A stretch of DNA of 64,000 bases, taken from the IMG/VR virus record IMGVR_UViG_3300025128_000015, positions 125,595 to 189,594 of that record; one strand, 5' to 3'. This DNA is from a virus. Below are positions 35,690-48,000 of the stretch, piece after piece. The position numbers and the translations under genes are program-made. Positions within the stretch are counted from its first letter, which is position 1, and each line of letters begins with the position of its first letter. A model generated the notes under the pieces. The model was given only the letters and a program-made list of their open reading frames with translations. It was not told the DNA's origin and made no database searches.

Positions 35690-37969
35690 ATGTCATCAAA
35701 TGATGAGATGAGATCGAAGTTTGCTGCCCTTGTTAGAACACCAGGATCAAACGTTCATCCAAGTGACCACAACAATTTGCCACCGGCAGACTATGGAGCC
35801 GCCAGTGATTTGTTTAAACGCGCAGAACAAACAGCTCATATATTACGCGAGCCTTCACATTTACATTCTGGAAAGAAAGAATATTCTGCCTATGTATCGC
35901 GTGTCATAACAAACAAGTCAAAGTCACAAGACAACTATGTTCCTGGTTCAAATAATGCTGAAAAAGCACAAGAAGGTGATATATTTAATGTTGGTACGGA
36001 AATGCCAAATTATCATATTTCTGTTTTTATACCAGATATACATTCCTCATTATATGGATATAACTTACCAGCAGGACAGTTCCTTCCTGACCTTTATGAA
36101 GATGCATTAGTTATTTGCATCCCAGAAAGCAAAGAAGTAACAAAGACTTATGGAATTCCAAATGTCGGAGATGAGATAATAATATACTATGATCCGCTAG
36201 AAGAAAACTCCTTAGCTTTATATAGAAGGAAGAAAGCAGCAGGCATTGATCTTAGACCAGCACTTGATAAGAATAAGGGAAACGCGACTCCAATATCTCG
36301 CACCAACATGAGAAACGCAAAATCATTCACATCTTTAACTGTTGTTGAGGGATATACATATCCAGAATCAGAAGATGATATGATTGTTGGGCTAACAAAA
36401 TTTGTTAAAAAATCGCCATCGTCATGGCTAAAAACATGCGCACAAAATAATAATTGGGCTGCTTATCTTGTGAGTGAAACACCTCACTCTCCAGAACAAA
36501 AATCGACGATCGTTGAAGCAGGTGAAATTAAAGTAAAACAAATGTTTGAGCCTCGTATATTCAATAATTCAAAAGCTAAAGAAGCAAACGCATCTGCAGA
36601 TAATAAGTTGTTCGGTATTGTATTAAACGATGGTGCACCAAATTTAAAATTAATGTGGAAAGAATTTGAAAAGCAAGGATGTTCTACTCATTATGGTATC
36701 GATCATTATGGTCGTGTACATGAATTTATTGATCCTAATATGACTGCTTATCATGCAACAGCTCCTTCATGTCCAGGAAATAATCTTTTAACAATAGGGA
36801 TTAGTACATGTCAATTTGGATTTAAATATGAGCACGCTTTCAATAATAACGATATCAGTAAAAGACTCAAAGCGCCATTTTTGAACCTGCTTAGAGGTAA
36901 AAATCTATTTGTTGGAAATCCGGATTATGTTGGTTTACCTAATAATATAATGGCAAGATCATCGGTAGGGCTTTCTAACGATACATATTTATTAAGCAGT
37001 AAAGAAGGTATGGAAAGTTGTTGGATGTTGACAAGGTGTTTATCAGATAAGTTTAGTATTCCACTCGACGCCCCGGCCATTGTAAAATATATGAGAGCAA
37101 ATTCTAGCTTGCCTCAGTTTAAAGAAACATCTCGTACTCCTTATGTATACAATTTCAATGATTTATCAACAAGCATAAAGGGCAATATATTGTGCGGTTA
37201 CGACGGTTTAATACAATACCCTGGCATTAGGTCTCGTTCGTGGATAACTGCCGGCAGATCGCACGGAGCGGCAGCTACAGAGTATTATATGTATTGTAGG
37301 ATGCTTAACTTTACTCCGGATGATGCATATTACGCGACTCTAGGTACTTTGGTTCTTCCTGGTACAACACCTAATTCAAAAATACGCGCTTCTGCTTTTA
37401 TTGATGTGGGAAGCTATTTAAACAAATTTGGTTCTTTGTTTGCAACTAAATCATATGTACCGAATCCATTGGAGGCTAGAGATTTGCTTATTGGTGCCGG
37501 CAAAAAAGTTTTTAATGTGGCAGATGCTTTTAGAAGACAGCTTCTATTAGAAAACATACAAGAAGAAGAGTCGGGAGGTCCTGAAGGATCTATTGGCATT
37601 AACTTTGCTGCTACGGCTGGATACCAAATAGAAGACGCATGGAAACAATTTTTGAATGAAAAAGAAGGCTATTTAAATACCAATCTTACAATAGAACATG
37701 GTTTACTTATTGTAGAGTCCGCTCGAAAAAAAGTCTTCGAAGAAATTCGACAAATTAATACGTCGATGTCAGAAGAAAAATATTCAGAATATTCTACTCC
37801 TTTTGGAAAATATTTAACAAGGACAGCTGTCAATATGTTTCATGTTTCAGCTGTTGAATTAGCAGCGTTCGGAACTCCCGATACAATAACGTTGGCGAAC
37901 AAACAAGAATTTAATAATAAATTTTTTGAAAAATATAAAATTTCATTTAAAGAAATACTAGATTTATAG
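35690..37969 (+). CDS. Baseplate hub-associated protein: OB-like N-terminus plus degenerate amidase_2-like domain
   Basis: IPNVGDEIIIYY (gp5/gpV OB-like); STHYGIDHYGRVHEFIDPNMTAYHA…NNLLTIGI (amidase fold); lies upstream of spike and wedge genes. Confidence 0.55.
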   Translation: MSSNDEMRSKFAALVRTPGSNVHPSDHNNLPPADYGAASDLFKRAEQTAHILREPSHLHSGKKEYSAYVSRVITNKSKSQDNYVPGSNNAEKAQEGDIFNVGTEMPNYHISVFIPDIHSSLYGYNLPAGQFLPDLYEDALVICIPESKEVTKTYGIPNVGDEIIIYYDPLEENSLALYRRKKAAGIDLRPALDKNKGNATPISRTNMRNAKSFTSLTVVEGYTYPESEDDMIVGLTKFVKKSPSSWLKTCAQNNNWAAYLVSETPHSPEQKSTIVEAGEIKVKQMFEPRIFNNSKAKEANASADNKLFGIVLNDGAPNLKLMWKEFEKQGCSTHYGIDHYGRVHEFIDPNMTAYHATAPSCPGNNLLTIGISTCQFGFKYEHAFNNNDISKRLKAPFLNLLRGKNLFVGNPDYVGLPNNIMARSSVGLSNDTYLLSSKEGMESCWMLTRCLSDKFSIPLDAPAIVKYMRANSSLPQFKETSRTPYVYNFNDLSTSIKGNILCGYDGLIQYPGIRSRSWITAGRSHGAAATEYYMYCRMLNFTPDDAYYATLGTLVLPGTTPNSKIRASAFIDVGSYLNKFGSLFATKSYVPNPLEARDLLIGAGKKVFNVADAFRRQLLLENIQEEESGGPEGSIGINFAATAGYQIEDAWKQFLNEKEGYLNTNLTIEHGLLIVESARKKVFEEIRQINTSMSEEKYSEYSTPFGKYLTRTAVNMFHVSAVELAAFGTPDTITLANKQEFNNKFFEKYKISFKEILDL

Positions 37970-37997
37970 AATAATTACAAAGTTATAGAGAAAGAAT

Positions 37998-38999
37998 ATG
38001 CCGGTCGGTCAAAAAAAGAAAGACGTAAATTTTAATTTCTGTGAAACAGACAAGAAAGTTGTAGAGAAATTTTCTACTTCTGATATGGCGAAATATCGCG
38101 GATTTAAAAATGAACAATGTTATGAAGGATACTGTGATTATCTTCGTGCACCAAGTGAACATGTCATTAGTCATGATAATAATCAATTTATTGTCCTCGG
38201 CCGGGACCGCGTTGGACCTAGAGATACTGGTTATGGAGGAAAAGGACACACGCAATCTGGCAAGATCGATATTGTTGTAGGATTACTTGGACCTTATGCT
38301 GAAGATTTTCATTGTGATAAAGCTGGAAATCGATTGGAGGTAGATCCTAACTTTGTGGATTCACCAATAAAGAACGAAGCAACAAAGATGTTCCCCGTTG
38401 CAGATTCAGCGAGGATTTATTTAAGCCAAAAAACAAACATTGATGAAGCTTTTGGTTTGAAGAAAACTGGATTAGAGTCTGGCGCGCCTAGTCTTGATCC
38501 TAGATCCGGAATTGGTATTAAAGCAGACACGATTAGAGTTATAGGAAAAGAAGGTGTCAGTATCCGCACTTCTCCTATGGGAGTATATAATTCTCTAGGA
38601 GGATTAATAGAGTCAGTAAAAGGTATCGACTTAATTGCTGGCGATATAACTAAAGAATTAGAGCCAATGGTCAAAGGACATAAGATTATTGAAGCTTTTG
38701 AAAAACTGACAGACAATCTAGATAAGTTATCTGGAGTTGTAGCTGGAATGGCTCAAGACCAAATGAAGCTTAATTTTAAACTTATGAACCATACTCACAA
38801 AGTTCCAATTGGTTCTGGATTTTTAATAGCCATACCATCTATACCTCTCTCGTCCGGATGTGCCCAAGCACAAAAAGATTTAATCAACACTATCGAAAAA
38901 ATAACAAAGTGGAAAATGAATATTAACGGGTGGTTGAAGAACTATACGAGCCGGGATAAACCAGGCTACATTAACAGTAAATTTAACAACGTAAACTAA
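37998..38999 (+). CDS. Baseplate spike protein (gp5-C/gpV-like)
   Basis: Beta-strand-rich (IDIVVG, ARIYLSQKT, GIGIKADTIRVIG); HxH motif NHTH at 38790-38798; position in baseplate module. Confidence 0.6.
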   Translation: MPVGQKKKDVNFNFCETDKKVVEKFSTSDMAKYRGFKNEQCYEGYCDYLRAPSEHVISHDNNQFIVLGRDRVGPRDTGYGGKGHTQSGKIDIVVGLLGPYAEDFHCDKAGNRLEVDPNFVDSPIKNEATKMFPVADSARIYLSQKTNIDEAFGLKKTGLESGAPSLDPRSGIGIKADTIRVIGKEGVSIRTSPMGVYNSLGGLIESVKGIDLIAGDITKELEPMVKGHKIIEAFEKLTDNLDKLSGVVAGMAQDQMKLNFKLMNHTHKVPIGSGFLIAIPSIPLSSGCAQAQKDLINTIEKITKWKMNINGWLKNYTSRDKPGYINSKFNNVN

Positions 39000-39014
39000 T
39001 TAAAGTTATCTAAA

Positions 39015-42000
39015 ATGGCAAACCAAAAAAAATATGAAGTTAGTACCTTATTTAGGGTAACAGAAAGTTCGGCTAAACTAGCGCAAGACGATGACGTCAA
39101 CTGGCCAGGCGTTCCATTCCGTGCTTTCCAGTTGGCTGTCGAAGTAAATAATCCAGTTTATGATCCGGGAACTTACGCGGTCTTAACAAACTTAGACGGA
39201 GCCATCAGAGATTATCTCCTCCCCGGTGCCGTCGTAAAATTTATATCAAATATAGCAACAGTAGATCTGGCTGGAAATCTAAGAATTGATGAAGAATATG
39301 TTCTTGTTAGATTAATTTATGCACGATCAGCAGAAGAGCATATTGTTGCTGGTACAGGAGAGGTTGTATATCCTGAAATACAAACTGGAAAACAAGGATT
39401 TGACGAATTCGCATTCGTAAACGATTATGTTGGGTTAATAAAAAGAAAATATTTAGAAAGCTTTATTATGGATCCATCCTCGATCTATAACGAACTACAG
39501 AAGGCTGTTCAAAAAGAAGAGACAGCTAAAAAGATATCTAAGGTTTTGCTTGAAAAGCCGACCTATACACTAAAAAATCTTAAAGGCTTTTGGTGGCTTC
39601 CAATTACAAAAGAACAAAAACATAGAAACAAATCTGCTTTTAATAGAAATAATTTAGTGAGCCAGTTTCCAGAACAAGGAATTGTTTGGGATTCGACTAA
39701 GACGTACAAAGTAAAAATAATGGAGTACGCAACTTATAATGACGACACAGCTGCTTGCGGCGATAGTCCTTCCTCTAGGTGCCCTCTGGCACTTGTCGCT
39801 GTTATTGATGCTGATAATCCACATAATTTTGCACATAACTGGGCCAACACTGATGATCAGTCAACTCACTTACCGCAAGAAGGAAATGCTGGAGATAAAG
39901 TTACTCCATATGCTAAGTGGGGTTACGTACATTACTCATTTTTAAAAGCGGCCATCGATGCGACAGGGGATTTAGATATCCCCAATGATCCTCCTGCTTC
40001 ATCACCAACAACTCCTTCTTCCGATCCAAACTCGCCTCCAGACGTTGGAACCGTAGAATCAGCTAGTGATTTTATAAGAGATGAAAAAAAATGTAAATAT
40101 TTTGTAAATATAAGAGCAAGATATAAAGGAACTATTGAGCAGTTAAAAAACGATAATCAATTTAACGTAGCTGTAAAGATGGAAGCTTTTTCTAAGTTGT
40201 TGCAAAATTACAGCAAAATTGCAGCTTTCGATCGATTTGTTTGGATGAATAAAGGCTCAGGAAGTACTTTATATGGTGAAAAAGAAAAGAAAATTTTAAA
40301 TCAGACTTATTCTAAGATTCAAATCGTCGATACAAAGAAAGTTGGATCTAATGGAGAATATATTATATCCATTTCTGTCCCTGCCGCTTTGTTTGATCAA
40401 ATCCCTGATGGGCCATCTTTAAAACCTTATGTCTCACAAAACGCTTCTGATAAAAGATGCACATTGTTTATTAAGAAAGAGGGTGCCTCGTTTGAAGATA
40501 TTATCACTAGTGGTAAAGATCCCGGAAATTATATTACTTTAAGATTTTCTTTGAGTGATGTTGAAGAGTTGGGAGATACATTTGTTAATGTTTTCCATAG
40601 AAGATACGTTTCAGAATATAAAAAGTATGTTGATCTTCTTTATGCTGATTTTCAAATGGAATCAGATTATTTACTAAGATTTATAAGTGGACTTAGAAAG
40701 TTAGCCAAAGATAATAATTTAGATATTATTTCTTCGCCTACAAAACACGCTCATTTCGATATTATATTTGATCAAAACTTTCTTATTAAAGATGTAATCT
40801 ATAATAAAAGCACTCCATTCGAAGGTGAATATTATCAATTTAAAGTTGGTGCTGAAGGATTTAAATCTAAAAATAATAATAAGTCAACAAATAAATTGAT
40901 TCATGATTTATGCAGTTCATCAGCTCTTAACGATTCATCTCGACCCAAACCAGAAGGATCAAATGCAGAAAAAGCATCAATAGCAGCAGATACAAGAACA
41001 CGCTTTCTTAATCATATGCAAATTTTGCACCGAACCTGGTCTCGGCCACCTTCAAGCGAGTGTTTAGCAAGATATTCAGGCAAAGACACATTCGACGCAG
41101 TTCCTATTGTATTTAACAACAATGATTTCTTTAATCAATTTTACAATAATCCAAAACCTAAAGTAAAGATGAAGACAAAGCCTTCTACTCCAAGAAGCAA
41201 TGAAAACTTTACAGAGATCGCGACTTTCCGTGTTGGACCAAAATCTCCTGCTGATCGAGCAAAAGAAGATCGATCTATTAATGCGATGGTGCAGAGAGAA
41301 GGAAAAGAATTAAAGAAGACTAGTGGTTCAATATTCTCTGAAGAAACTAACAAATATGTTGGAGACCTTGTTAAATCAAAAAGTGTCTTTACAATGATCT
41401 TGAGGTCGGAAACATTTTTTGGACCAAAAGGATTATATCAGCAACTCCTGAACAAAACAAATTTAAATGTTTGGCTTAAAAGTGTTTTAGAGTGTGCTGG
41501 ATATGATTTAAAAGGCGATGACATGTTTGAGGTCTTGTGTAATATTGTTCTTAAAAATCTTCCGTGGGATAAAATCAGAGATGAAGTATTGATGAATCTT
41601 AACGAAGCAACCGGTGAAGTGACCGACTGGACAACAAAAGCGCTTGAAGATATCTATGCAGAAATGTCGACTGAAGACTTTGATTTAAATAAGGCTACAG
41701 CCGGCTTAGGCGACGTTCTTCGCTTTGCAGATCCAAAATGGTACCCTGGGTTCGATCAGACAACAAAACTCGCTAATTCACTGAATGTGGGCAATACACC
41801 TGTTTCAACTCCCGAATCAGGACAAACACTTGGCGGTTCTGCTCCACCACTTAAATGCGATGATTTAGATGATGATTTGGTATTATCTATGATACCAGGC
41901 GCCGCCTTGGATTCAAATGCAACAGAAGACAACGTACCATATTTAGCCACACCGAATGATGCCGCGGCCAATTCAAAAGTATATTCTTCAGGAGATGCAG

Positions 42001-45000
42001 TATACAAATGGAAAGTATTTTTAAATTACAAACTCAGTACAGCGCCCTCTTATGTTGTAACAGAAACAATAAAATATGCTTTTACAGAAGAAGAATTTGT
42101 TAAAAATGGCTCTTCTTTCAATGAGAAAACAAAATTAGCTACACAAGAATATACTCGACAATATCGATGGTCTGTTTTCGAATCCGGAACAAAAGACGCG
42201 CTAGGTATACAAGGAATTGTTTCGCTAGAAGCTTTCCGAGAAGCCACAAAGTGGTGGGCATTAACGCCTAGAGCAGAACGCGACAAGTATGTTTCAAATA
42301 TCGTTCCTGGCACGATTGAATCAACTAGTAGGATAACAGTTGACAACTTAGAAAAATTGTTAGGAGAGATGCCGATTAAATTTGCTGTATCTCCAGCAAC
42401 AGTGACACAGCTTTTTAACAATCACTATCTTGTTATTAAGAGAATTATTTCACAGCGAGAAATATCTGGTACACCAACAATCACTGGAATGGTTACTTTA
42501 TCCTTAGCTTCTAAATCTAGTATGATACCATCAGTCAATTCATCAAATATTATCATGGCCGAGTTGATGATGGCACCGGTCGCCAATGCACAAGAAGCAA
42601 TATATTCAAAAATAAATGATTTCGTTGGAGTTCTTAAACCAAATTTAGAAGACGCCTTAAACCGATTCGGCATTGTTGATTATTCTATTGAAGAACTTAC
42701 AGAAAGCGAATCGATGAATCCAACAGATTTTGATCAAATGGTAGAGGACACCAATCAAGAAACTGGAGAAATAGTACAATATCAGTCGTTTTTATCACAA
42801 CCTCAAGTACCAACCGACTTTCAAAGTTTTAAAACTCAATTAGATGGATATATTTCTGCTGGAGCTTTCTCTAAAGAAGGTCAAATTAGACTTGTTAATA
42901 ATTTAGTAAACAATTATAACTTAGAAATATCAGCTTTAGTAACTGCGCATTGTAATCCTGAATTTCTGTGTAAGCACTTAGAAAAATATATATTAGATTT
43001 GATGGCGTTTTTTGATACTGGTGATTTATCAAAAATTGGATTGGGTAAAGTATCTGACTTCTTTAAGAACTTCAATATTGAAGATTTCTTGGGCAACATA
43101 GGAAAATTGTGGGTTGCTGCTATTTTAAAACAAATAGATCAATCTCTTTTGATGTCGTTTAAATGGTTAGCTAGATATATTCAATTAAATTGTGAGCTTA
43201 TGATGTCTGAGGCTGGTAAAGCTATCATGGAAGAGGTAAACAAATTAGATGATGGATTCGCTAAAGATGCATCAAAATTTGGTCTGGGTCTCTTTAATTT
43301 AGATACGGAACCAGATCCTGAAGAGGCGGAAAATATAATACAGATTGTATTCCCGGCCCAAGCGATCGGGGATCCCTCTGTTGACGAAAATGATTATGAG
43401 TTTCAAGGAGTTGACAAATTTAGAGTTGATGACGACAAATACGATAAAATTGATGTTAATAAAACAAAAATGTTGAGAGAAGCAAGAAAGTTTATTGAAA
43501 TCATTACGCCAAAAGATAAACAAGTTATTGAACAGGCACTTCAAGAAATTCAATCCTTCTTATATAGAATACTTTTAAGTCATAGTTCTAAAAAACTAGT
43601 TGCTCTCTTTTCTGGTAATGCAAATTCTGCATTGCTTGAAGAAATGTTACTTCTCATACAAAATAAATACCCCTCTTTAAACAAGGTTTTAGATTCAGTT
43701 TCGGCAATTAATTCTTTCTTTAACTTTGTTGGAGCGTCTGTTGATTTAGAATTATTTATAAACTCGGTTGTATCTAGAAAAATTATAGAAGATTCTTGTG
43801 AAATCAAAGAACTATCTGAAGACTTGCAAGTTTTATCTTCAAAAGCAATTCTAGCTTTAGAGGAACAAAATAGAATTAGAAATCAATACATATCTAAAAT
43901 AGCTGATATGGCTATTGATAATGGCGCCCTGTCTGGAGTGCCAAATACTCTTAGCGTTGATCACGATCTTGTCGCATATCCGGATAGTATTCCATTTTTA
44001 GATAATGCTATGGCCACTGCAAGAGATACTATTATGGATTCTATAGAAGAATCATACCGCTCCGACATCCGAAATATCAGATCAATATTTATGAAATTTG
44101 ATATTTCTTTGAAAAATGAAGAAACTGGAGATGTCTTTGATGGATTTAGTGAACTAGCTGGTAGTCTTGCTGCAAATGGAGACTCTGCCGCCGATGTGTT
44201 CGATTCTTATTTGAATGCTTTGGCTGATTATACAAAAGGTGATAGTGAAGTCGTTCAGTTTGGGAACGATAACTATAAAATAGAGATGGGATTTGAAGAA
44301 GAACTTTATCCAGAATTACAAGATTCTCTTCGTGGTAAGAAAGAATTCTTCATAGATAGAGTATATAAAATCGCAGCAGTCAATGGACCTAATTCACCAA
44401 ATGAACAGAGATTAGACATATTTCCGTTTTTAGATTATCTTCCAGAAGAATTTGAAAAATTCTATAATTCTTTCATTGAGCCAAAAGAAAACAATGCAGG
44501 AATTGCTGTTAAACCAAATGCTAATTTTGCATTTGTTATGGGAATCAACACTCAAAACACATTACAGATGAATGAGTATGAATCCGGCTTGGCGACAATA
44601 AATTATGATACTTATGTTGTTTTGGATCCATTTAAAAATCATGCGACAATGACGTCTGTTGTAGCCAATACTGCCGATGGAAAATACACCACTGCAGTTA
44701 TTAATAACGAAAATGTTATGTTTTCGTGGCAATCCGGAATGTATACTAATCCTGCAGAACTGTTTGGAACAGCAAAGGTAAAAACGTTTACATACGGTGA
44801 TCCTTGTTCACTAGATGATCTTACAATACCATATGAAGTATTTGAAGAGATTAATTTTAAAAACCAATCAGATGATGCATTTCCAGAAATTAAAGATCCG
44901 CTACTTGGTAATATAGCAGAAAATCTTCCTTTAGATTTGAAAGATTTTGATTCATTTACAAATACGCTTCCGCAAGCAAGAATGTTTTCGAAATATGTAA

Positions 45001-48000
45001 TGAACATATTTTACAAGAATATTTTTGAACAAAAAAGAGGTGTATACGCTTCAATGCCGGATAACCTAGCGGAGAAAGCAGAAAAGGTCAGATCAATTTT
45101 AGAAACTTATGTGTTCCCAAGAGTGACTAATAATATAATTCGTTCATTTGGAGAATACACTTCGAACTCTAGATATTTTAATACAAAAGAAGTCTATAAA
45201 TTAACAGAAACTTTGTGCGACCCATCGAAAATACCTTTTGATTTAATTGATTTAGGTAAGATCAAAGATGATCTTCTCAAAAGATATACTCAACATCGCA
45301 AGAAGCTTTTAATAGACGAACAAACAACAGAAAATTATGACGCACCCTCAAACGGCGCATTCGAATTGGCTATGATGGAGGGAGCCGTAAGGTTAATTAT
45401 TAGAACATACTTGGCTGAACTTCTTCTTAGGGCCGTCTTTCTATTCGATAGATATATATTCGCAGAAATTATGGACAATGAAATGTTCAAAGAGTTGTTT
45501 GCAAAACAGTTCTTAGCTGGACTACAAACGTATATTGGAAATCAAGATCCTGAAATCTTTAGAGCTATGTTTTTGACTGAGTGTCGCTACATTGTTAAGA
45601 CAACTTGGGATTCCACACCTTCAAACTTAAAAAAATATACAAAAAAACAAGTTTTGAATGATGAGACAACGATGATTAAGCATCTTGTTACGTTGGAAAT
45701 AAATGACATCGGCGCCAAAATAAATTCCTTGTTTAGTTTGGATAATGAAAAAATTAAACCTCTTAAGGAAATCTTCTTTGATGATCTAAAATTTGGATTC
45801 TTAAGAAACTCTGGTATTAGTTACGGCACAGATACAACACCAACAAGCTACTTTATGTTTGATTACTCAAATATATACAATGCAAAGGTTCCCGATCCAA
45901 TTGCTAAGATGTCCAAAAAAGATCAAATGACAATTGACCAAGCATCAAAACAAGGATTTGCTGAGCTACAAGAAGATTCAATATACTTTGATGTCAACGG
46001 TAATGAAATTAGCTATGAGGGACTGCCAGACGGAATATTCCCAGAAGGAATCAGTACAGAGTTTAAACTTGGATTTGGCGATTTTGTTATCGAGCCATAT
46101 GTCAGATTGGTCGATTGGGAAGTTGGCGAGAAAGAAAATATTGATGCTGAGTCTCCAAATATGAGCTTTCCCTTAACAATGTTTGATGAATCTTTTGGCG
46201 AAGGCGGACAGATAGAAAAAGATTTTGGAATTACCGGATACGTAAGAGAAGATAAATATAGGGGAATATTAGCCCTCAGAGATTTACAAGATTTTGCAAT
46301 TGATTTAATGGATCATTTAGTTGTACACGATCAAATAAATCAAGAAGAGAATCCCAATCAAGCGGGAAGTTCTTTACAAAATTTTGGAAAACACGAGCTG
46401 CCTTTATCTACCTTCTATAAAGAATTAAAGTGGGGAATTAGGCTCAATCTAATAATACCTGCAGATCCTTACTCTGGAGAAAACAAGCCTTTTGCTAAAT
46501 TAGAAGAAGTGTTTAATTCGTTTTTTAGCTCCTCGCCTTTTGAAAATCGTTGGGTACCGGGAATCCATAAATCATATCGTATTTGGCGCCAACCCAAAGA
46601 TGTAAAAGGAAAGCCAAGTGGTAAAAAAGTGCCATATTTCGTTATACCTCTAACATACGAAGAGGTTGAGGCCAATCAAGCCGGCGAAGGAAACGGATTA
46701 ATAGGCTTTGCAACAAATTTATATAATCAGAGTTTCAAAAAATTAGCAGCTATTAAGCCAAAAGATTACGACTTACAGCTAGCAAGATACATTAAATATC
46801 CATCTGACGAAGACGTATATAAAATTAAATTTAATATGGGGTACCGCGATGAAGCTTACGAATTATTTGAGGAAGGTACGACTGCTGGAGAAATTTTACC
46901 GATATTAATCCACAGTGAAGATGGCACTTCTATATCGCAAAAGAAATATTATGAAGGACCAAGCTCTGTAGAGAGAGAATTAATAAAGCATTACCATGGA
47001 AAGGATATACTTGAGGATGGCTCTATAGAACAAAAATATTTAGATCTTACGAGTGATATATCTTATGAACAAGCCTTATATGATGATTCCGGCGGTGATG
47101 GAAATTTTGCTGCTATAAAAAACATCGATAAAATCCGACAAGATGTTGAAATCACCTATAAATCATTGCTTACAACAAAATACGCCAGAAACCAATTCGC
47201 TCAATGGATGGGGATTGGTGTAGAATTAGATGAAGAGCCCTACACTAGAACACAAACAAAGATTAATAAAATTGAAAGGGACACCACAAGACCAGACTAC
47301 CACCCTTTAAAAACACCAGAATTAGTTGGACGGCCAGATTTTAATGCAAAGTTTATAATTGACTATGCCTCAAATGATGATCTTTATCCCCATGGCGCTA
47401 TTAATGATATTGGTTGTAAGAAAACTGGCTATAATATGTATCAAAAAATATTTGCTGGCAATGGCACTGGGTATCTTTCATATATAGACAACCTTGAGAC
47501 TATGTATCAGGCACCGGCCGATGATGGAATTGGTGGAGGCTACGGCAGTATAGAATATGAAGATAATGGAAAATATGATTCTCCACCTCTTTATGATACA
47601 AATTTTAGAAATATGTCAATATACAAAATGACACGTTGCCAAAAGTCGCCTTCTTGGAAGCAAGTCGGCGCCGTGTATCCAAATGGAGAACAGATTAAAA
47701 CAATATCTGAACCAAAAACGCTTAATACTACACAAACTCTCTCTCCTCTTAAAATATCAATCAATGACATCTTTCCAGCAGAAAAATATCACTGGAGTCA
47801 AGTGGTCACAGATAATCAAGAAACTTTTGTAAACTCAGTCTTGAGTGCTCTCGGCAGTTTTAATTATAGCTCTGTTGCAATAGATGAGTGTATAGATTTA
47901 CATCTACCTGGTTTTGATCCAGATAAACCGTTTGATTCAAAGCAAGAATATGAATCATGGAAGCAAAATAATGAACAAAATATTACAAACTTTTTTGAAT

